DNA from: Fimicolochytrium jonesii | Lineage: Eukaryota | Direction: 5' to 3' | DNA length: 64,000 nt | Assembly: GCF_025526975.1 (NCBI RefSeq) | Contig: NW_026515669.1 | Location: 1,302,001-1,366,000 of the forward strand | In this document: positions 37,926-47,700 of the stretch, one piece after another | Layout: every line of letters starts with the position of its first letter | Position numbering within the stretch: the first letter of the stretch is position 1 | The notes under the pieces: generated by a model | Told to the model about the DNA's origin: nothing | Seen by the model: the letters and a program-made list of their open reading frames with translations, nothing else | Databases searched by the model: none | Position numbers and translations under genes: made by a program

Positions 37926-38498
37926 ATGAAAATGTCGAGGAAGGAATCCCATCAAGCAAAGCAAATGGCAATCAAATCGCCCCGCAAGCGACTGGCACTG
38001 GACGACGTCGCTTTCTGCAGCCTAGCTGTCATTTACGGATTGTTCATCGTCACCGCTCCGATTGCGTTGACTTTAGCGCTCAGCGAAGCTACTCATGCCA
38101 TCTTGCACATCAAGGTTCTCTTCGGCCTGGGAACGCAGTACACGGCCAAGGAATTGGAAAGCCGTCGATACTATTTCATCAGCGATCTCTTCTCGGCGCT
38201 GCTGGCGTTCATCGTCATCAAAGATCAGGGGTTGGCTCCAAGTTCCATGTGGGAGAACGTGCTAGCGATGTTAGAGGCGGGCCATTTTCTGCTCCACTTG
38301 GTCTACATCACTTTGTGGGATAGTGATTGCTCGCTTGTGAAGAGGATTAGGGAATGGAGTGCCGAGCCGTCTCTCAGGTGTTGATGGGAAATGCAAGGGG
38401 TCTCGCATTGGGTTCAGAGCGTTGGGACGGCGTATGATGTTGTGACGCATCTAGCGTTGTGCAGTACTGTGTTTGCGAAGTATTTGCTGTATATGTAG
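37926..38498 (+). CDS. His-rich multi-pass membrane protein interrupted by an in-frame TGA at 38382-38384
   Basis: The 152-aa ORF has hydrophobic helices, EATHAILH and GHFLLH. The same frame continues for 37 sense codons past the TGA (WEMQGVSHWVQSVGTAYDVVTHLALCSTVFAKYLLYM) to TAG 38498. Confidence 0.55.
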
Positions 38499-38875
38499 CG
38501 AGTGGATCGGGGATATCTGGCCGTAGCTTCTATGAGTTCTTCGGAGAGGTTCATGAGCAATCTGAAAAGCAACGTCCACATTCCATCGAGACTGTGAGAT
38601 TCCTGTGGATCGCGCATGTCCGATCGCAGCGCGTAATGAGCATGAGTCACGACGCGCTCCGAGTTCAATTCTCCGCTTCCCCAAGTGAGCCCTGTGTGTC
38701 CTCAAAAGGGCAACCTCGTTCGCTGCACCAACAACCCTCCCCAAGCCAGAGAACCAACTCCGAGTTGAGAGCCCTCCTCGTTCGAACCTCAGAACTCAAA
38801 AAAAGAAACTGCTTCGTCGTCGTCGTCATCCGCCCCCGCTCCTTATCACCTCCTTGCTCGGCATAACCATCTACT

Positions 38876-40474
38876 ATGGTCGCGCTCTCCAACATCTACG
38901 AGCCGCTCCTCGACCAAGGCTACCTGCCCGACTTTATCACCCGCAGAGGTATCAGACACCTCCTGGGCCGCAAGGTTGCGCAAGTATCCGCTGTTACACC
39001 TGCTGAGAAGGAAGAATACATCAAGTCCTTGAAGGAAAAGGAAGCGATTGCGATAAACACGAAAGAAGCGAACGAGCAGCACTATGAGGTGCCTTCGGAG
39101 TTTTTTACTATGTGTTTGGGCAAGAACTTGAAGTATAGTTGTTGTCTGTTTGAGGATGGTGAGCGTCCGAGCGTAGGGAGGGTCTGTCTAGCGAGTTTGA
39201 GTGCGGCGAGGCCAAACGAAGCGAGGCCGAGCTTACTGGGCCGGAGGCCTTGGATTGCGGATCACACACCAGCTCAATATCCTTCTCGCGAGCGGCGCGA
39301 GCAGGGTATCGTTCAACCATCCGCTCCATGTTGGTTGAATTGTTGATGGTTGATGCGTTGATGGGCTGATGGGTGGAAGGTTGATATTCATCGGTCGATG
39401 GTAGATGGTCGATGGGTTGGATGGGTTGATGATGGTCGATGGGTCGATGGTTGACTAATCTTTGCTTCGGCAGGAGCCACAACGTTGGATGAGGCAGAGG
39501 ACAAGATGTTGGAACTGTACATTGCACGCGCCGGGATGGAAGATGGGATGTCTGTCCTCGATGTCGGCTGTGGTTGGGGAAGCTTGTCTCTGTTCCTCGC
39601 AAAGGTATGGCATACACATGGAGACGTTCCATCAGCAGAAGTAGTAGTTTCCGATTGTTCTAAATCAACATTTTCGAAAACATCGACAGCGCTTCCCAAA
39701 CTCGAAAATCACGGGCGTGTCCAATTCAGCCAGTCAACGCGAATGGATCATGAAGATGGCCGCTGAGCGAGGGTTGACCAACGTCGAGATCTTGACTGCT
39801 GACATGAACACCTTCGAGATGGACAGGACGTGAGTTTTGAAAATGCGATTCATCACCCATTGTCGAAAGCGCAACGGGGTCCTTATTATGATCCTCCCCA
39901 CACGCCCAGCTTCGACCGAATCTTCTCCATCGAAATGTTCGAACACATGAAAAACTACTCCGCCCTCCTCCGCAAAATCTCCCACTGGATCACCCCCACC
40001 ACAGGCCGTCTCTTCGTCCACGTCTTTGCACACCACTCCACCCCCTACGACTTCAAAACCCAAGATGACAACTCCTGGATGGCAAAGTACTTCTTCACGG
40101 GCGGGACCATGCCGTGCGAGGATCTGTTTACGTATTTCCAGGAGGATGTGGAGGTTGTGGAGCGGTGGACGGTGAATGGGAGGAATTATGCGAGGACGAG
40201 TGAGGAGTGGTTGAAGCTTTTGGATGGGAATAGGGAGAGGGCGATGAAGGTTCTCGAGGGGGGTTATGGGAGTGCGCAGGCGGCGAGGATGTGGTTTAAT
40301 CGGTGGAGGGTGTTTTACCTTGCTGTTGCGGTGAGTTGGTCCTGTGGCCGTGGTGTCCTCCTGTGCTCATGTATTGGAGACTGATCTGGCTTGACCTGCT
40401 TTCAGGAAACGTTCGGCTACAACGACGGGAATGAATGGCCCGTCGTGCACTACCTGTTCAAACGCAGAGAGTAG
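38876..40474 (+). CDS. SAM-dependent methyltransferase, coclaurine N-methyltransferase/CMAS-like
   Basis: ANEQHYEVP, LKYSCCLF, intron 39159-39473, LDVGCGWGSL, FDRIFSIEMFEHMKNY, WMAKYFFTGGTMP, RWRVFYLAVA|ETFGYNDGNEW. Confidence 0.92.
39168..39305 (+). repeat. Dispersed intronic repeat, diverged copy B
   Basis: ccgagcgtagggaggg, acgaagcgagg and gcgagcggcgcgagc: variants of the CGAGCGNAGCGAG units of copies A and C. Confidence 0.5.
39330..39455 (+). repeat. Intronic degenerate (GATGGTT/GATGGGT)n tract
   Basis: gttgatggttgatgcgttgatgggctgatggg..gatggtcgatgggtcgatggttg, ending at branch site GACTAAT. Confidence 0.75.
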
Positions 40475-40702
40475 ATATGTAGACTGCTTGAGTTATTGCT
40501 ACACCCCCTTGCTTATTCGCGGCGTACTATGAGATCACTCTTAGCAACATATACATAGTCTCCCACACCGCGATCCCCTTAACATAGAGACTGTCCCAAA
40601 AGAGCCATGTGGGACCAAGGTGCATGCTGTTGACCAAAAAGATTCCTCAGACCCAAAACGGGGTCCGTGATGACCCTTGAATACTTGCCCAAAAACGTTC
40701 AT

Positions 40703-42928
40703 TCACACAGAAGGCGCATCAACACCCGCCTCAGGCACATCCTCCCCAACAATCTTCGCATCCTCTTCCCCCGCCGTCGAACACGTCGTCGCAGCACCGA
40801 CAGCGGTGTGTGCGGCCGCTAAATGTGCATCAGTAGGGGCGTCATTGATGCTTCCGGGCTCATCAACCGTCCCGTCGCTACCTGCGAGTTTCAGCAGGAG
40901 CTCGGCGAAGAGGGAGTTTGCCCACGCGAACCTATTGATTCCATATGTGCGGTCAGTATGTTTGCATTTCACAACATCAACAAAGGAAAGCGCATCTCCT
41001 CTCCTCCCATCTTACCAAGGCCTCGTAAACTTCTGCACATCATCCATGAAAAAACTCTCATGCATAAACCCCGTCCCCGCCGTCGACTTGACCAGTATCT
41101 CCACACACGCCTGCACCTCCGGGTCCGAACCCAAATCCTCCGTCGCTGTCGTCAGTGCCTATGACGCCACGAGAGGCCATTCAACATGTTTGCGTCATCC
41201 ATCTCAATACCCACGATTTGAAAATCCATACCTGAACAACAATCCCCATAGGCCAAATCCACCCAAGCCCCACATGCGGCCCCCCGACGCCCTTGCCCGC
41301 GCTGCCGGAGAAATAATAAGGGTTCGAGTCGGAAAGGATGAAGGTGCGCGTGCGGAGGTAGTCCGGGTCTGTGGCGGGGAGGAAGCCGAGGTAGGGGAGG
41401 GAGAGGAGGGAGGGAATGTTTGCGTCCTGTTACGTATGGGAGTGGGTGTGTGAGTGGTCGGGAAGGAAGAATGGATTATTGGGGGATGATGGCAACTTAC
41501 ATCCATGAACAACGCGTTGCCGAACCCATCAACCTCATACGCAAACACCTTCCCGAAACGGGGATGTTCCACCAGCGCATGTTTATATATCGCCTCTTTC
41601 ACTTCGCTCGCGAGGCTGTTTGCTTCTTCCGCGAGGGATTTGTAACTTCTCGTTTGTGATGATGACGGGGTTGCAGAGTCGGCTTCGAGGGATGTGAGGA
41701 GTGCGGAGAGTTTCTGGAGCTCGACGACGGCCATGGCGTTGGCGGGGACGAGGAAGGGGTAGGTGGAGGCGTCGTCCGAGGGGCGAAAGGGGGATTTTAT
41801 CAGGCCTGGAAGGATAAAGTCGAGGGAACGATGAGGATCTGGGTAGGAATCGTGATAAACGCGGCTCCTCATGGTACGCACCACATCGTTTAGCAGGCGG
41901 CCCCCTCCCATCCAACATCAACGTATCAATCGGCACATTCCCCACCCTCACAAACGAATAAGCCGGCTCTTCCAACTCCTCCAACGTGCCCCTCTGCTGC
42001 ACCCTCATCACCCCCAACACCGCATCCACCGCCGTTGTCCACTCCCCATCCGCAAACGACGTGTCGCGCGTCACCTCGTAGTACCGGTTCGACAGCTTCA
42101 GGAAAGCGCACAGGCTGTCGAGCTCGTATTTGCCTTCCCAAGCTAGCGAGGAGAGTTTGGGGTGCACGAGGTCTTTGTCCCATTCGCCCCATTGGTGGCG
42201 GGATTTTTTGAAGGCGTTCGCGTAGATGTCGGTGTTTAGGCAGCGGGTTTGACGCGCTATGAGGCCGAGGAGCATGTGCCGGATGGGGGCCTGCGTTTTG
42301 GCGAGAGGGAGGTATGGGTTCACTTGGTTCGTCGAGTCTCTTAACCTACACAAGAAAAAAGCGAAAAAAAACAAGTCCGCCATCAGGATTCGAACTGCCC
42401 TCCAATGACTTTCGCTGAGAGACGAAATGTGCTGTTGGGTATCGACCGTCAACTCGCCTGCCTCAAGCATTCCTGCTCCTCGCTTCGCTCGGCGCAGTCC
42501 GCATTCGCTCCAGGTCGCAGGCTCCCTTGCGCGAATCAAGCGCTCGCTCACGCTCGCGGTACTCACCACATAGCCGGAATATCTCCCGTGATGACAAAAG
42601 TATCATCGCCTTGTCTATTGCCCCCCTCAATCTCCACCTCAGTATGGACCACCGTCGTATCCAGAGTATTGGGATAACAAAGTTCAAATAGATCGGCCAA
42701 TTCACTCCTTCCCTTCTCCTCAAACACCCTTTTAACACGCTCAATAACATTCTCGACGGCGAGACTACTGAACTTGCGCTTATCGAGTGGAGGCCGCGAG
42801 GGTCGCAGCTTCGAGACCATATGGGATTGAAGTGCACTGTCTATGCTGTCGGAGGAGAGACCTGTAGGTGACTTTGGGTTGAAGGAGGTTGTGAAGGCCT
42901 GTGAGAAGGCGGCTTTGAGTTTGTCCAT
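40703..42928 (-). CDS. Glycoside hydrolase family 125 (DUF1237/Mug157-like, putative exo-alpha-1,6-mannosidase)
   Basis: LFELCYPNTLDTT, FVITGDIPAMW|LRDS (intron 42566-42346), WEGKYELDSL, FRPSDDA, VPANAM, FAYEVDGFG, MD|DANIPSLLSLPYLG, FMHESF, FTRPW|FAWANSLFAE. Confidence 0.93.
42453..42492 (-). repeat. Dispersed intronic repeat, copy C (40 bp)
   Basis: 36/40 identical to 15341-15380; lies inside GH125 intron 42346-42566. Confidence 0.85.
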
Positions 42929-43465
42929 CGTGGTGCCGGGTGGGCGCGTTCTTTTGGATCTGAGGGAAGATGGGTGATAGATGGGGGTTGAGTGACACCG
43001 GGGCGAATGCGAAATGGGGTTGCAGGCAGGCTTGGAATCAGCCGGCGGGTGCGCTCGTTGTCGTTGTTGAGGTATGCGTTGCCGAGAGTTTCCTTTGTGT
43101 TCTGCGATGCTGCTGCAAGTGCAGGCACCTTGAGGCGAGGGGTGGTTTGGGGGTTACGCGGAAGGAGCTTGCTTGCCGCGTACTGTACAGTATACAAGGA
43201 GAGAAAAGACAGCAAATAAAGCGCATCTTGCCACGTGATGCATCGGGGTGTTTATATGCGCCGTCTGCTTTTCCGGTCTGGGGAGCGCCCACGTCACCAC
43301 CCGTCGCCCACAGTGGTTGCTGGACCTGCCGTCTCGAGGCCCCATTCGTCCTATGAGGAGGAGGGTGATCTGCGTTTGCCAAAAGCTGTCGGAAATATCC
43401 AGCTACTGTATCTAAACGTCCACCTCTTTCGTTATCCAAGCACAACGCAGCAGGGTCTGTTCACA

Positions 43466-44641
43466 ATGTCGTCGAAAGAACCGATAACCTCCATATCGGT
43501 TCCCACCGCCACCAACCAAACTGCTCCCACCCCGCACACCACCTACACCGTCTCTCTTCGCGGCACCAACGGCCGAACATGGACGACGAACAAACGATAC
43601 TCGGAGTTTGCGGCCTTATTTGCGGCCCTCGTTGCTGACCTAGGTCAGCCGCCAGCAGGCATCGTTCTCCCGCCAAAGCACTTTTCGATATTTGGATCGA
43701 CCATGACAGACCCGGTCAAGATTGAAGAGAGGCGGAGAGGCCTCGAGGCGTTCTTGAGAAGCATCCTGTACTGTAACGATCCAAAATGGAGACGGACGGG
43801 CGCGTGGATGAGCTTTTTGGGGATTGGAGGCGAAAGCGCCGACGCCGGGAGCGTCAACGGAACCCATTCCCGGACGTCTTCCATTGCCTCATCAACCTCC
43901 ACGCTCCTCAATCCCAACACCTCCTTCACTCCCGCCGAATGGATGACCGAATACCACGCCCTCAAGTCGCTCACTAGGGACATTCGCGCCCATGTCACGA
44001 CGCGAGATCGCTGTGCCGCTGCTGGCGACGTCCAAGGCGCTCAGAGCGCCGGCGTCGCAGGCAAACAGGGGTTGAGGGGCCTCGAGTCTCGAACGGACGC
44101 GTTAGAAAAGTCGTTAACCGTACATTCAACTACATCCTTACCATCAGAAAAGTTGGCAAAAGGAGAACTCATGCGTCGACAGGATCTGTTGGGAGGTTTG
44201 GTGGGAGAGATAGAGGGAATCGCGCGGTCTCTCTCGTCGTTCGCCATGTCATCGGCGGCCTCGAGTAGGAACCCACTTGTGGGTGATCCCAGCAGAGGCA
44301 ATGCGGGCCTCACTCCACAACAAGCGCTCGATCGTCAGTCCCTCCTCTCCTCACCCTCCAGCTCCCGCCGCTTCGGCACGCATTCCGCATCAACGGCAAC
44401 AGCGTCATCCGCAGATCCACAACAACTACTACTCCAACAAAAAGACATAATGACCACGCAAGACGACGCGCTGGACTCGCTATCAGGGATCATCAGGCGG
44501 CAGAAAGAAATCGGGGTCGCTATCGGCCACGAGCTGGATCTGCAGAATGGTCTGTTGGGTGAAGTGGATGAGCAGGTCGATAGGGTGCAGAGCCGGCTGA
44601 AAGGGACGGGGAAGAAGCTGGATAAGGTCCTGAAGGGCTGA
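43466..44641 (+). CDS. VAM7: PX domain + C-terminal Qc-SNARE, no TM: Vam7-like vacuolar SNARE
   Basis: PX: TYTVSL..KRYSEFAAL..LPPKH..IEERRRGLEAFL. SNARE: QDDALDSLSGIIRRQKEIGVAIGHELDLQNGLLGEVDEQVDRV. Intronless, ATG 43466. Confidence 0.88.
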   Translation: MSSKEPITSISVPTATNQTAPTPHTTYTVSLRGTNGRTWTTNKRYSEFAALFAALVADLGQPPAGIVLPPKHFSIFGSTMTDPVKIEERRRGLEAFLRSILYCNDPKWRRTGAWMSFLGIGGESADAGSVNGTHSRTSSIASSTSTLLNPNTSFTPAEWMTEYHALKSLTRDIRAHVTTRDRCAAAGDVQGAQSAGVAGKQGLRGLESRTDALEKSLTVHSTTSLPSEKLAKGELMRRQDLLGGLVGEIEGIARSLSSFAMSSAASSRNPLVGDPSRGNAGLTPQQALDRQSLLSSPSSSRRFGTHSASTATASSADPQQLLLQQKDIMTTQDDALDSLSGIIRRQKEIGVAIGHELDLQNGLLGEVDEQVDRVQSRLKGTGKKLDKVLKG

Positions 44642-44757
44642 ACGCCGCGGTCGTCGGAAACTTTCGAACCAATTGTAATATACTAGTTTTGTCAATGGCT
44701 ATTACACAGACAATAAGCATTAGATACAGAAATGTGGATAAAAATCGTCCCCGCCGC

Positions 44758-47700
44758 CTATTGAACGGGGTCAGTCTCATCAGCAATATCCCACAACCCC
44801 TGCCCTTTATTCCGTTTCCGGCTCACCGGCCGGTCACCCTCCGCTCCCGTCTCCCCACCCTCCTTCGACTCGGCCAGCGCCATCAACTGTTTAAGCCACT
44901 CCAGCAGCGCCAGCGCGCCTGTGGACGCGGGTGTGCGGGTGCCGCTTTTTGCGCTGCTTGGTTTGGGACTTGGTGGCCTCGTCATCTGGAACGAGCGGCA
45001 GATGATCTGGTGGGAGGGGAGAGGGAGTGGAATGCCAAAGATTTGGAGGAGTGTTGAACGTGTTTCTGGGGTGTACTCGGGGATCGGAAGCTGATGAACG
45101 GGATGGAGAGGCGAACGTTTCCAATTAGCATATTCCCTAACTGCATCATCCAGCCTCACAGACATTCCAAATACAAACCTCCTCATCAACCCCAAACAAG
45201 ATCCTCACAGTCCCCAACACATTCGCCCAAATCTCCCCCGTCTCCACCTCGAACCCCTCCTCACCGTCGTCCCCATCACCCAACACCTCCAATTTCCGCA
45301 TAATCCCGCCGACAGTCTGTAGTTTCGCACCCGGAACCGACATAACGTGCGCAATCAGCGACGCGCTTAAACCGCCTGATGTGCCGGAGCGGGAGGAGGA
45401 GGGTTTGGATCCGGGGGAGGTTTTCTTGCCCTTCGCGCTCCCGCCGCGGCGGGCCATGAATGTGAATACGCCGACGATGTCGGATTCTTTCACGTCTTTC
45501 GTCTTCCCATCTTCTCGCGTCGCAGTGTCAGCGGGCAACCACGTAAATGTCAACGCATCGCTCTTGACGCCCTCCGATGTGAACTGCGGAACACGCGTCG
45601 GTACATTTTCTATAACCGACACATTGCTATCGGTGACGCACATCTCTGCCGTGTACGCGTTGCTGTGGGATTGCTCGGCCATCAAAGCGTGCGCGCGGTG
45701 GAGACGGCTTGCGATGCTGAATTGATAGGGGTCGGGGGTACCCCGGATGAGGAAGGCATGGCGGTGGAGGGTGGTGATGTAGGTTATTAGATCGGTGGTT
45801 TTGAGCTTGGTGTCGGTTGGTGGTGGTGAGGCGGCAAGGCCGGCGCCGATTATCTCCGAGGGGAGGGTGGGTGATAGGAGGGAAACTGCGTTGCTCAGGC
45901 TGTCTGGTTGTGCCCCCGTCTGCGTCGCTGCCCAATGATGATACTCCCTCACTGTCAACCCCGCCGCCTCATGCACCTTCACATTCCCCCCCTCCACCAC
46001 CAAACTCCCTCGCTCAACCCCCTCCCTAATAACCCCGCATCTCCCCGCCTGCGACCCCAACACCGCCACCGTCGTCCTCATATCCTCGTTTATCTGCCCC
46101 CTCGCGCGCTCCGCGTACAGCCGTAATAGACCCAGTAAGGTTTCCTGGAGCGGTTGGTGGCGGTACTCGCCCTCGGTGGTGAGGGCCTTGAGGAGGGTGG
46201 TGTAATTGGTGACGAGTGTTTCCCATGGTACGGGCTTCTGCAATCTTGCCGCGGCCGTCACGGTCGCTTTGGCTAATGCGAGGAAGGTGGTGCATGTGGA
46301 GGGGAGGTTGACGAGGTATTGGACTGACGTGCACGCGGTGTCGACGAGGTCTGCGGCTTGGGTGACGTCTCCTCCGGGAAGTTTGAGTATGGATAAGGCC
46401 CGCTTGGCTTGGATGACGGCTAGATGCGGGATGCTGCCGCTGTAGCCTGACGGGCGGGTCGTCGTGTACGCAGGGATACGTTTGAGATGCTCTTCAGCTT
46501 TCGTGTAGGCTTTGGTGATGCGGTTGAGGTCGTTCGATTCGATTGCGTCCAATGAATCGCCGAGGGCCTCCCAACCCCGTGCTAGGATTCGTTCACAGCC
46601 ATACCGTGAGCCTGCGGTCGTTAGATCGTTCTCAAACTGTGTCAGCTTCTCAGCGAAGGCATCGTCCTCGGCGTTTGCCCCGGACGCCACGATGCTGTGC
46701 CGTTCGGCCGACAAGACCAGATTTGCGAATTCTAGTTTAAAGGGGGTTGAACTGAGCGATTTCGCGGATGTGATTGCTGATTCGCCGATTAGGATTACTG
46801 TTGTGAAGTTTCCGTCCATGAGTGATGTTGTGAGAATCTGATCGGTCGTGTGGAGTTGCCACCAGTGGTCTACGCGATGCGGGGAGAATTTGCTTGCCTG
46901 CTCGAGTGTTGTGATGATCGATGAGAAGCTGTGCATGGTGGAAGACGGTGGTGAGAGGTGAATCACATAAGGCCAACGTACGAAAAAAGCCTACCATTTC
47001 ATGGCCATGCCAAGGTTCCATCTCAGGAGATGCACCTGTCCCGCTAACGACGCACATTCGACTAAAAGATGAAACCGAGCCCAATCATGCACCAACTTCT
47101 CGCTCGGATCGAGATCCGCCATCACTTTCGCCAAAACCGCATCAACACGAAACAGAACCGAGTTGAGTAAAGCCTGCGCATCCCGCTTCGTCGTCGTCTG
47201 CGCGGCGCCCGACGGAATATGCATGTTGATCGTCGACCCTGACCGTGTGAATGAATCACTCGACTCGGTCCCACCGCCGACAACCGAGCCGCGCCGGCCG
47301 TCCGTGGGCAGAGTCTCGATTTCTCCAATGGGAGGCAGGTTCTGATGCAACAACATGCTTAGTTTGCTGCCATTAACGGTGGGGTCATTCAGTCCCGCCA
47401 AATGCGCGAGTTTGATAAGGATCCTGCATCGACACATCTCATACTCTCTCAGCGTCTCCTGCCCCATGAAGAACGCGAGCTTGTCGGGTATGACATGGTC
47501 TGCGATATACCGCACCACGCGGAGGTTGACGACCCAGTCCAGCACATGAGCGGTCTCATCGAACCTGATTTCCGCGGGGAGCGCGGCGCCAGCCCCGCTC
47601 ACGGGTGCTGTATAGAACATCTTGTCTTCGCTGAGGAGTGCGCGTCCGGACGCAATGGTGAGGATACAGTCCAGGCCGGCTGAGACTGCGCCCATCTGGA

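Noticed and set aside
43235..43465. 77-aa N-terminal extension of the Vam7 ORF
   Set aside because: Looks like promoter/UTR sequence; ATG 43466 (CACAATG) directly precedes the PX domain.
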